A DNA stretch of 64,000 nt from Lama guanicoe (taxonomy: Eukaryota): assembly GCA_013239625.1 (NCBI GenBank), contig MU053493.1:2365793-2429792 (forward strand). The letters run 5' to 3'. The notes beneath the pieces are model-generated. The model ran no database searches. It was given only the letters and a program-made list of their open reading frames with translations, and had not been told where the DNA came from. Within the stretch, counting starts at the first letter, position 1. Every line of letters starts with the position of its first letter. Both the position numbers and the translations under genes were made by a program. This document shows positions 15,201 to 27,200 of this stretch, piece by piece.

Positions 15201-18200
15201 AAACAGAAGGTAAGGGACACAGTGCAGAATGGACATTGTGTGACACCACCGAGGTATCACAGTGACACACTCACACGCTCACACACTCACACCACACACA
15301 GGCAACAGTGCTTCACCCTCCATGAGACCGAGCAGCGGCCGAGAGAAATTTCAGATTTATCTTGACTATTTCAGTTTTCATAACAAAATATTGACATAAT
15401 AACTTATAAAGATTTAAATATTTTTAGATATTTTAAACGTTGAAATATTTTAAAATAATGTTCATTACGTTAAAATGAATTAAGCCTAACTTTAAAGAAA
15501 AGAATTTCGTTCTATTACTGCATATGGTTAGCAGTCTCTCATCAGGAAAAAGTTTCTTCCCGTTTATCCTCTTGAAAAAATAAGACAGAAACACTTTTCA
15601 GAGTTTCCATTTTCCTATTCATGTAACTATTCTGTGGGGTGTATTCCGGTTTTAAATTATATATATATATTACATGAGCAGCATGTAAGTGAAACAGTCT
15701 TTTGGAAAAAAAATATAAAAGCCAAATCAGAATCAACTGCTTTTTCAGAATGAACTACTTTTAAATCATAAAATGTCAAAATTTTTAGCCACTGCTTATG
15801 AAATAAAATCTCACATACAATAAGTCTAAGTACAAATAAATACAATGAAATTTTATCCCCAAACTGCTCTAGGCATCTCAGAATATAAAGGGCAATACAA
15901 AATAATAAATTCTGCCTGCATTCTTTGCATTAAAAAATACAAATAATATTAAAAAATGAACATTTTGAAGAGAATGAGATGAAAAACCTACATAATTTTA
16001 ATAGTTCTACAGATGTCTACTGCTCTGCAACAGACTAAACCAGTTGCTTAAAACACATCCCAAAGCAAACACTTCCAATTGTTTTCCTTCTTTCTTGCAA
16101 CTTAAGTAACACTTTCCAAATTCAAAAAGTGACTAAGTGACGTTGATGGTGACTACCATCTCGGTAACTCAGCATCAGCTGTAATATTTCAGCCTGAGTG
16201 TCCCTCCCCCTGCCCAGTGATAACAAGACTGGCTGTGCAGTAGGGCTCCTGCTTCGTACACTACATACAACTTCTGCCAGTACGATCATCTTGGGGTAAT
16301 TTTCATCCCTTTCCTTTAATATAACTATTATGACAACATTTCAGATGGGTGGAACTCACATCAGTCTATTACACTTTTCATACAATTAGTGTTTGGAAAA
16401 ATCATTGTTCTTTCACTGCACTTCCGTCATCTACCAAGAGATGGAGGCATTTTTCAACACATGTGGGTCTAGAGTAGTGCCGGTAACAAAATTATGAAGC
16501 AATTTACTTACGCACTTTCAAATTTTCTAGAATCCATATTAAACGAATGAGATGAAATCAATTAACACATTTCATTGAACCTAATATTCCCAAACTATTA
16601 TCTCATCATATAATCAATATAAATTATTAATGAGGTAATGTACACATTCTTTTTTGCACACTAAGTCATAAAAATCCAACGTGTACATCACACAATACAA
16701 CCAGCGCAGACTGGCCACACTTCAGAGGCTCAGCAGTCAACGTGGCTGGTGCCAGTGGTGTTTGGCAGAGCAGATCTAGAGATCTAAAGTTACAACTTTT
16801 CCAAACATTTAAAATGTTCTAATATGACCACTAAGTCTACTGCAAGACAAATAGTAGAATTTAGACACACAGAATTAACCTACAATCAGTGGCAATTATC
16901 GAAAGAAACTGGTGAGACAGTAAAGATGAAAATACATTTTTGCCAAACCTTACTTACGTAAGTTTATCCTAATGGTTCCCATTTACATTTTGTATAAGGT
17001 TAAACTTTTATTTAAAAAAAAAACCCACTGTATTCACCTGGATATAAGCTCTATGGTAGCAGAGTCTTGCCTAGATCGCTGAGGGCATGATTAATAACCA
17101 CACACTGACGACACGCTGACATCAAACAACACTTGATAAAGGGAGAACGAGCAGGACAGTGCCAAAATTACAGGGACTTTGACCCCTCACTGAAGAATCT
17201 TCACTCAGTCACCTGTGTTAGCCCTGCTGCAAGGCAAGGGGGCCACGGGAAAGAAGTCCCCAGTGGGTAATGACTGTCACTGAGATATTTAATAAACTGT
17301 ATCTTTCTACCTGACGATCTTTCATAGGTGAAGTGGGGAGGACTTCACGGCGTGTCTGAAAAAGAAAAGGGAGTAGTACCTGCACCAAATTAACCAGCAA
17401 TATCACATACAAATCTTGTTCTGAATAAAGCAGATCTTGAATTTAAAAGCAAGACTTCTCTCCAGTGTTTAAGCAGGAACATGACACAGAATGAACTCCA
17501 CAAGTCAATTCTCTGTTGTCACACAGGGACTGCAGTGAAGGCAGTAAGGGTGTCTTCTCGTCTGCAGCCCCGACCACCACCCAGAGGACCAGCTGGTCCC
17601 CAGTGCTACCAGCCATGTACTCAGCAGCCCTGGCTCCTTCCTAGACAGCAAGTCTTGGCCCAGAGTGCCAGTGAAAGGACACTGAATAAAATATACAGAG
17701 CAAACCTGGCAACAAGCATCAAGGTATAAGAAAACCACTGTGATCATTCTCTCCAGACATACGTTATCTTTTAACTTAAAAACAAAATATTTTAATATCC
17801 TAGACCAGGGAAGGATTGGCAAACTTTTTCTGTGACTGGTTCTACAAGCCCTGCGGTCTCTGTCCCACCTTCTTAATGATGACACTGCAGGACGGGTGCC
17901 AGTACAACTTCACTGGCAAGGCCGGGGGCACGTGGACTTGGCCCTCAGGCTACAGCTGGCCGGCCCTGCTCTAGACAACAGTGAGGGTGCACTGCTCATC
18001 TAGTGACAATGAAGAAACAAGTGCACGTGTTCTTCTCAGACCTCGGACCCTATCACACTTGCTCTCTAAGAAAGGAACATCACAGAGGACGTAAGTAGGT
18101 CACTGCAACAATGGAACACAATGGAACACTTTGTAGATTTTTGTTCTCTTAAATAACCTACTCTCCTCCTTCCTCTACACCAGTAAGGGCACGTGAGTCA

Positions 18201-21200
18201 AAAGGCCAAGAGTTTTAATCCTGGACCCAATCTCTTATCCACTATATAACCCTGGGCTTTATCACAACCTCTCAGCTTACATTTACCTGCCTACAGACGA
18301 AGAAATCTTCTAAGAAATGGTTTAACGCAAGCAGATGTGAATGCACGCCTGTGAACCCTAACTGGTAACGCTCTTACTACCACTACTGATACCGTAATAA
18401 TGACAGAAGCTAGTGTTTGTGCCAGGATTATAATAACTGCTTCAACTTTCACAGCATGTCTGTAATGTATGCAGCCTACTTGCTAGAAAATGAGGAAACT
18501 AAAGCACAGAGAGGTTCCAAGGTCACGCAAGTAACTGCTGGAAGGCTGGGACTCACACCCAGGAAAACTGGCTTCAAAGCCCAAAGAAATCTCTATATTC
18601 CATTGCCTCTGACAAAATGAAGGTTACTATTCTCAGCAGATAACTGCCTATCTTAAAAACATGCAAAAATATTCAGAAATCTAGGAAGAGAACAAGGTGG
18701 GGCTAGTGTTTCAAACACTAAACTGAAACCTTTCTCACATTATCAAGTCTTTTTTGTATCAGTTTTTAAACAACAGAATTTAAATATTTGTAAAACATTT
18801 GTAAAACAAAGACATGTGCAGACAAAATTATATAACACAAAGAAAATTCCCCATGCTGTTTTTTTATACTAGCATTTTACTCCTGTAATGTATTTAAATT
18901 GTTTCTCAAAATGCAAGGCACCCTCTAAATTAAAACTCCACTTACTTGGATTTTGATATTAACTTTAGGGGAGAAATGAAACCTTCCAGCACTGGTACAA
19001 TTTTGGATCTTGCCTGTAGGCAAGGCTGCTAAATTTTCAGGAATTATATTCTCAGCACAAGTATTTGGGAAGAGACTGAAGACTGATCTTCTGGAGTTGA
19101 AGTACTACCTTCTCCTTAGTATGTGCTACATACATGTTCTAACCAGACACTCCCAAGTCTGGTAACATACAGAGGATGCTACCAGAAATTTTAAGAAGTA
19201 CTCCCTGCCTCCATCTCAGATGAACTGAGAACAAGGCCCAGGACTCAATTTTTTAAAGACTAGAAGACCTCACATAACTGGCATTACCCATAAGGAATAC
19301 TTGAAGTTCCCAAGAGAAGTGAAACATCCCAACATAATATGAAGACAGTTAAATTTTTTAAAATAAAACCTCTTCAACTTTAAGTTAAAGTCGCAGATGT
19401 CAAGCGTTTAGGAAATCTAAATGGAAAAAAAGTAGATACCAAAAACAACTTTCTAAGATTTAGAATTTGCTTGCAATAAAAACAAACGGCCAAAATTCTG
19501 ATGAGTATTTCTTTCTTTCCCCTTTTTTTTTTTTTTAAGGAAAATCATGTTCAAATTGCTCGATGCCAGCATGGTTTCTAGATGAGAGCAATGTGTTAAA
19601 ATTATAGCTGCTCCCCATGAATCATCAAGGGTGTGAGTTAAATCACTGTGTGTGTGTTATGGCCGCAACTCTTTCCAGACAAGGTCTGTGCTGTGTCAGG
19701 AAGATTTTTAGAATATGTTAACATGTAGCAGTTAAAAATAATAACCAGTTATAAGTCAGTTTTGTATGTGACATACTATAATATTTCTTTAAAAAATCAT
19801 TCTAACCTTAATTACAAAGATCAGGATTACTGTAATTTATAATCTACAATTTGAAATTCAGAGAGAATCAGCTTCCCAAATATTTAAGCTCAACAGTGTA
19901 CAACCACCTTATGAGTATGACTCCTGACAATCTTTGGAAAGGCTGTCTCCTGGCAAGTCCTTGTCCCCTTCCTGTCACTTCTCCCCTGCCTCCTCCTCTC
20001 CCTCAAGGCACATTCCCTGTGGTCCACTTCCTGGCATACTGTCCACAGCTTCCCTGGGCAAGTGACTTCTATGACTTGAGGTAACATTTATGCAGATAAG
20101 TCCCAAGTCACCACCTTGAATCTGAAACTGTTTAGCCCTGGACTTGAATTTCCAGGTGCCAACCTGTGGTGGCCTCCAGAGCCCTGGGAATGTCCAGACA
20201 TTTCGTGTACATGTGCATTTTTCTGGAGAGAAGAGTCAATTTCCTTCAGACTCTCCAATGGGTATGTGAGCCCAGAGACTATCAACTCAGTGGAGTCACA
20301 TGCCAGGAGCATCCCAGACCCCTGGACACAAATATCAGACAGTGTATTTTAAAGGGGAGAACTGAGTCCAGGTGAACCCCTCACTGGAGCACTTCTACTG
20401 AGCACAGCTCCCTGCCCAAGCAGGAGGCCCCTCAGCATGCTAGCGCCTCCCCGGGTGGCAGGCCAGCTGCTTCTCTAAACAAAGTTTTCTTGGCAAAATG
20501 GCCATGCCCATTCGTTGACATCCTATCTAGTTACTTTTGTGCTAAAAAGACACGGATGAGTGACAAGGCTTGGCTCACGTGCCTAAAATATTTACTATTT
20601 GGCTTTTTATGAAAAAGTTTGACCTCTGTTATTCTAGATAGGAAATACCTAAATTGATAAAGAAAAACAAACCTAACTTAAATAATCGAAAGAAAACCTA
20701 TCTTCTAACCTTATTTCTCAGCCATACCAGAAACATGTATCAAGCACACACAACTATTTCATTTTAAATAATAGAGTGTGATTACCTGCCATTGCTGGGC
20801 TGCTGTGGAGAGTGTCTAGAATGATCGGAAGGCTCTGACCGCTGGTCAGGAGACCGTGACCGGCTATGACGGGGAGGCCTGTCGTGTGATCGACCGGAAT
20901 GATCTGATGCCAGTGACTGAATTTCTGAAATGTCTGTTAAACAGAAGATGCCATTTATCTTCCCACAGAATGAAGACAGTGAAATATAAGGTACTCCAAT
21001 AGAAATAAGCTAGTAAATACAACTTCATATTAAATGGTTGATTTAAGCATTAACGTCACCAGCCACCAATAATATTGGTGAGCTGTCAACAGAAAAAAGT
21101 ATTAATTCTTAGATTTTGAAGATGTCTAGCTTATAGAAAATTATCCTTTCATCCTAACATGGCAAATCCTCCCATTTTAAGAAACAGGTCACTTAAAGGG

Positions 21201-24200
21201 ACTCTCCAAACAGAACCATACTCACCGTCTCTCTCAGAGGCATTAGCAGAGTGGATACTGTCAGAAAGATCAGGGACGTTCAACAGCGTAGCCCGTTCAT
21301 CTCTCTGAACTACCATTTTTAACTTGCCTTTAGACCTCTCTATCAATGTCTTTGCATCTGTCAGTGACATATTTTCTGTCACGGTACCATTTATCTGCAA
21401 CAGAAGAGAAACTATAGGTTGAAGGTAAATGACAAAAGTACAAATGTTAACTTAGTCAGATACGAACAGGATTATCTAAACTACTGCTGGGCTTGCTCTA
21501 AGAATCAAAATATTCCCTTTACACTTTCCTGAATTATCAAAGTGCTCCTCCTTACTGAAATAATAAAACCTTTACTATAGTGTTGCTGCTCTGCCAGAAA
21601 GCCCAGATTAGCACCCTCTAACCCCTCCCCATTACCTTCTATTACTTAGGAACAAACTAACAAAACAAACATTTCAATAATATCTGGAGGAGTGATCGAA
21701 ACCACTTACTGTGGAACGACAGACAAATCTACCCACAAGGTTAACTCCTATTAGTGAATAATACACATTTGGAGCGATTAATTCTCTCCGGATGACTCTA
21801 CGGCCTAGAGAAAAGCATTAGTGTTGGCATGGAGTAATAGCCAGTGGCAAGCTATCCAGTCCCCCAAATATTGATTTTTTCATTCTTTTTGGCAAAATTG
21901 CTTCAAGCATGAACAGAAGCTATGTGGTCACACTGGACCTTGTTCTCTATTGCAGTTCATTAAAATGTAAGAATGTGACTATACCTTCAACACAACATCG
22001 CCTTCTTGAATATTGCCATCTCTTGCTGCCAAACTATCTTGTGAAATTTCCTTTACAAATATATGGCTGGCCAATCGAAGACCATATTCTGAAATAATAT
22101 ATTTAAATGTCTTTAGTGTAAGATCCCAAGACACTTAAATAGAGTTCAAAAGTATGAAACTAATAATCACTGCATAAAGAGAGTTTTAAGAACAATCGAT
22201 AATAGAAAATCATTCTTGGCTTCCCTGCAAAGACGACATTCCCTCTAGTCACCAGAAAGTTCTCCGTGTCAACGTAAAAGCAACGGGAAAGCCTGTGCTT
22301 CAAACAGAAGACTGACACACCGTGCTCTGATTTTTCTGAAAAAGAGAGAACTCTGAAGAGAAGGCTGTACTGATAACCTAGCTTCTCAGAGGGTTTAATG
22401 AGTACCATTCTAAGAAGGACCCTGCTCGAGGTCTGGAAAAACTCTGGAGAGGTTGAGGATTTGATTGATGACTTGTGTTACCAAGCGTACACTGATTTGT
22501 TTTCCCCAGTTCCTGGAGCAGAAGCATTTCGGATCCTGTAAATATCCGACACCGAGACGCGCTCAAGCACCAGCACACACTACTCTGCAGAAATGCAAAC
22601 AAAGGCTCACAACTAGCCAAGCAGATGTGGGCAGGAGTTAAAAATGCCAGTCCTTTCAACAACCATCAAGGTATTTGAAAGTGTGGCAACATTAATTGTA
22701 CCTGTGGATGGGGAAGTGGTCAGAGTTAATGAGGTTACCCAAGAGTCCAAAAAACTGTCCAGCAGCCTACAAAGCTGTAGTTTTTTTTTAAATTAGAATG
22801 ACAACTACAGCTATCAGTATAATGTCAAAAGGGACTGGACTGCTTCTGGTTCTGTTATGAGAAAGAAAACTCTGGCTCTTATTGGGAAAAACAAAAACAA
22901 AAACAAAAAATAGGATGGGAAACAAAAACTTTTTAATAAGGGGTAAGTTAGCAGACCTGCTACTCAAGCTTTTAAAAGTTACATCAGAGTTACAGTTTAA
23001 CTTAAGGCAAATATACAGAGTGCTCACAAGCAGGGACAGAATAAGATAAAAAAAGAAAATGACTTTTTAGAGAATATATGAAGTCAACTATGTGTGCTTT
23101 AGAAGTGGTCAATATAGCCATGGGAATAAAAGTACTGACTGAAAGATTGTCCATATTCAAGATTTAAAAATTATAAAAGACCAACACAAAGATGACTCCA
23201 AAATATTCCTTATATATTATGCATTTATTCTAAGTGTTTCCTTGCTAAAGATTACGTAGGAGACATACACAATAGATAAAAAGCAGCGAAAGTGACAGAC
23301 CAGCCCTGCACTCTGGCAACTCACAGAGTCAGCAGGAAAAGAGACCTGAGTTACCAGGACAATGACAAATGCGGCAAAGAGCTCAGGTGGGGCAGAGTGG
23401 GCCTCTGTGTTGGGGAGGGAAGGGGTGTCAGAGAAGTCCTCCCTGAGGAGCAAATGCTAAAGCCGAAACTTCACCTGAGAAATACCAGAGTGGGAACACT
23501 AGAACTAAGCTTGAAAAATGAGGCTGTGCGTTGTTCCTGGGGTCAGGAACGGCAGGCAACAGCGGGCGGAGACAGAATGGTTAACAACAGACACACCGAA
23601 ACGTAGGAAGGAGAAACGAGGCAGTTTGCTGAGGTCTTAGAGTCGAGTGTGGGATGAGAGGAAGACAGAGATGCGCCCCAGGGATTCTCTAACCCCATGA
23701 AGCAGTCTGCAGAGTCAGCTGGGAGGGATCCAGAGACAAGTTTCTGAAGCTGAATGAGTCCATTTCAGAGATGACGATGTGAGGCTCACCTCACCAAAAC
23801 ACAGAAGTAACTTTGGGAGGTGTCGGAGTGTTAACTCAATTGTGGTGATTGTTTCACAGTGCATGCGTACATCAAACCTTCACACCACACACCTCAAACA
23901 CAAACAACTTTACATATTTATATATAATGTCAGTGACACCTCAATGAAGATGGAAGAAAAAAACACGATGGTGGCCCAGACGAGGGGTGGAGGCAGGGGA
24001 GAAAAAGGAAGGAATGGTGTTTAGGGGGTTACTTAGCATGTACTAACTGGGCCCGGGAAAGGACGGGGAGAAACAGGCCAGCGGTAACCACACCACGTTG
24101 CCCGTGACTGGCTTGAGAAACTGGGTAGACAGAACTACATTCAATGGGGTAAGTCATAAGAAACATGAGAAAATTCTAAGAGGGAGATGTGAGCTTCATC

Positions 24201-27200
24201 TGAGGGACCTACATGAACACCTAAGTGAACGTGACTCCCCAGCGGCAGGACACATGAGTGGCCGCACTGCAGCTGGAGAAGGGAGTCCTGCGTAGTGGCC
24301 ACAGATGAGATTTCCTAAAGGGTCACATGAGGTGGGAAAGAGCTTCTAAAGCAGGAATCTACACAACATTAAAACATTGGACAAGGAGCACGGGCTTCCC
24401 AAGGGTACAGAGAAGGGGAAGGAACCCCCCACCAAAAATAAAAGGAGCATCACAGAAGCGGAGAGAACATTACTTCAAAGGACAAGCAGTGCTTAACTGT
24501 GAGACGGTACTGAAGAGGCAAGTAAGATAAAGACTGAAAATTTCTACTGGATTCAGCATGAGCATTTTGGAGAGCAGGGCGGAAGAGACCAGAGAGGGCT
24601 GCACAGTGCGTGGTGGATGAAGGAGACAAGTTCTAAGTGCAGCCGTTCTGCCCAGGAAGTAGGCTCCAGACCAGGGGTGAGGGCGCTTCCTGGGAGATGC
24701 ATCGGGGTTTGGTACAGAGCGAGCCTCCGTAACACTCTAACACCTCTTCATCAAAACCAGTAGTCACAAATGCTTTCCTGCACTTCAGGGACAGCCCACG
24801 GTGGCAGGAAGCCACAGGCAAACTCTGGTTGACCAAGTGTGATTACGTAAGGGAGTGCTCAGACGTCAGAGCAATGCCCCGTAAGGGGCTCCTCTCCCTC
24901 AATCTCTCCGTCGGAAATAAGGAGCCTGCCCTCCCTCCCCAACCGATGGTTTCTCCCACACTTATGCTACTATTGTTGATCCTAACAGCTCAGTAAAACA
25001 CTGAATTTCAACTTGGTGATGGTGAGACATTTCTGGTATTAGCCTATTCTAATCACAGTAAGAATCCAAAATCCAACTCTAGACAATTAATCTAAAGTAT
25101 TCTCTGCTACAACAAAGTGACTAAAGAAGAGAAAACAGATGACCCCTGAAGCCTGACGTAACAGGTTCTCACTACCAGCAATGGACAGGAGAACGAAGAG
25201 CACGACAGACAAGAGCAAAGGTACAAGGAGATGGCAATTCACTTCTCATTAAAACGAGTCTCAAAGTCTTCACGTGAAAATGATGAACAAGTTGACAGAA
25301 AATACCTTCATTTTTCCGGGATTTCACAAGCGTGACTTTGGTGGGTTTGGCAGGCTGACTGGAGGCCACGGATCGCCGATCGGATCGCGGAGACAAACTC
25401 CTCTCCCGACTTGCACTTCTGTCCCTCGCCCAGCCCTTCTCGCTCCTCCGGCTGACCAGGCCACCACGGCCACTTCTTGGATTGTGCACGTCCTCATCAT
25501 AACTATCTTCATCATTCTCAGACGCTGGTTCGGGATCAGGACGACTCACTGGTATCTGAACTTTCTTCTTCCTTCGAATGGTCTACAGATAAAAAAGACA
25601 ACAATAAGAGCTGACTGATGTTCAGATACGTACTGTCAGTCCCTAAGAGAAAGGAAAACGGCACTCTTTTGGTCCCAGACTAATTACGAATCATAGAGAC
25701 AGCACACACAGTTATAACAGATTACCGTGGAATGCAGTTCCCTATCCATTGTCCCTTCTGCTCTCCTAGTAGACAGATCCAATTAAGAAGCAAAATCGGA
25801 ACAAAGAGCCTAATAAAGTTCTCAGTTAATTCACAAGATCTTTTAGGTGTAATAATCACAAGCATAGGGGACAAGTAATAGTTACTGGTGGTTTGAGTAA
25901 AGGAAGGAGCACTGTACTCTAATACCGTCAAAGATACTGCAGTTGTTACCAAATCACAGCAAACTTGCAAGCCCGACTTGACTTCTTAAAAAGTTTGGAA
26001 TCCATCCGGATCAAGGCCCACAGCTGTCCTACAGGAACTCTAGAAGAGAAATTTGCCTGCAGCCTGCAGAGTCAGGACCCAGCCCACCCCAGGAGGCTGG
26101 CATCAGTTCTGGGACCCCCCAGGGCCTGCAGCCAGAGAACCAGGACCCGCCTGCCTGCCAGTGGGCTGGCACTAGCCCTGGGACAGACAGGCTCCTGACC
26201 CAACCCACCAGTAGATGAATACCAGTGCTGGAACACCTTAGACCCATCTACCAGCTGCCCTAGGATGCATCTCCACTCACCAGTGGGGTTACCCAAGCTT
26301 TGGAACACCCTGGACCTCGTAGCCAGTGATGTCAGCAACCAGCCTGTCCACCAGCAAGCTGACAAGTGGGACCCCCGGCTGCACAACCAGTCACCCAGGT
26401 TCATCCATCAGTGGGCCAGCACTAACCCTGGAAACCACCCAGAGGCTCTGCTGCCAGCCACCTCCTGACTCGGTCCGGCCACCAGCAGCCAGCAGCCTCT
26501 GCGCAAGACAGGGCCTGACAATCAACCAGACTAGGGGCCAGCCATGCCAACCAGTAGTCAGACTGCTATAAGAGAGGGATCCACACAGCCCACATGAGGG
26601 AACCGCTAGAGCATATATAGCTCTGGTGACCAGAGAGGACTGAGACACATAGGAGGTCTCCCACGAAAGGCCACTTCTCCAAGATCAGGAGACGTAATCA
26701 ACCTATTAAAAAAAACAGTGAATTAGGCAAAATGAGGTGACAGAGGAATATGTTCCAAATGAAGGAACAAGATAAAACCCCAGAAGAACTAACTGAAGTG
26801 GAAATAAGCAATCAACCCAATAAAGAGTTCATGATAATAATCAAAAACAGGCTCAAAGAACTTGGGAGAAGAACAATAAACAGAGTGAAAAGTTAGAAAT
26901 TTTTAACAAAAAGTTAGAAAATATAAAGAACCACCAAATAGAAACGAAAAATAGAATTAACTGAAATTAAAAATGTGCTGGAAGAAATCAACAGTAGATT
27001 AGATGACACAGAAGAACAATGAGTGAGCTAGAAAACAGAACAGTGGAAATCACTGAGGCTGAACAGCAAAAAGAAAAAAGAAAAGCAATAAATAAAGACA
27101 CTTTAAGACAACATAAAGTGTACTAAGATTTGCATTACTAGGGTTCCCAGAAAGAAAAGAGAGAGAGAGACCGAGGAAATATCTGAAGAGCTGAAAACAT

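Noticed and set aside
22668..22796. Plus-strand peptide [26 protein letters not shown] loosely resembling glycine cleavage H protein (ESVK...P.SGEV..INE)
   Set aside because: The lipoyl lysine is absent, similarity does not extend upstream, and there is no poly(A) or TSD. Most likely chance; tblastn with GCSH would settle it.
26060..26560. Spaced degenerate repeats (ccaccagtggg...) that superficially look like an array
   Set aside because: These are L1 5'UTR tandem units in a mammalian intron, with no constant repeat/spacer structure; not CRISPR.
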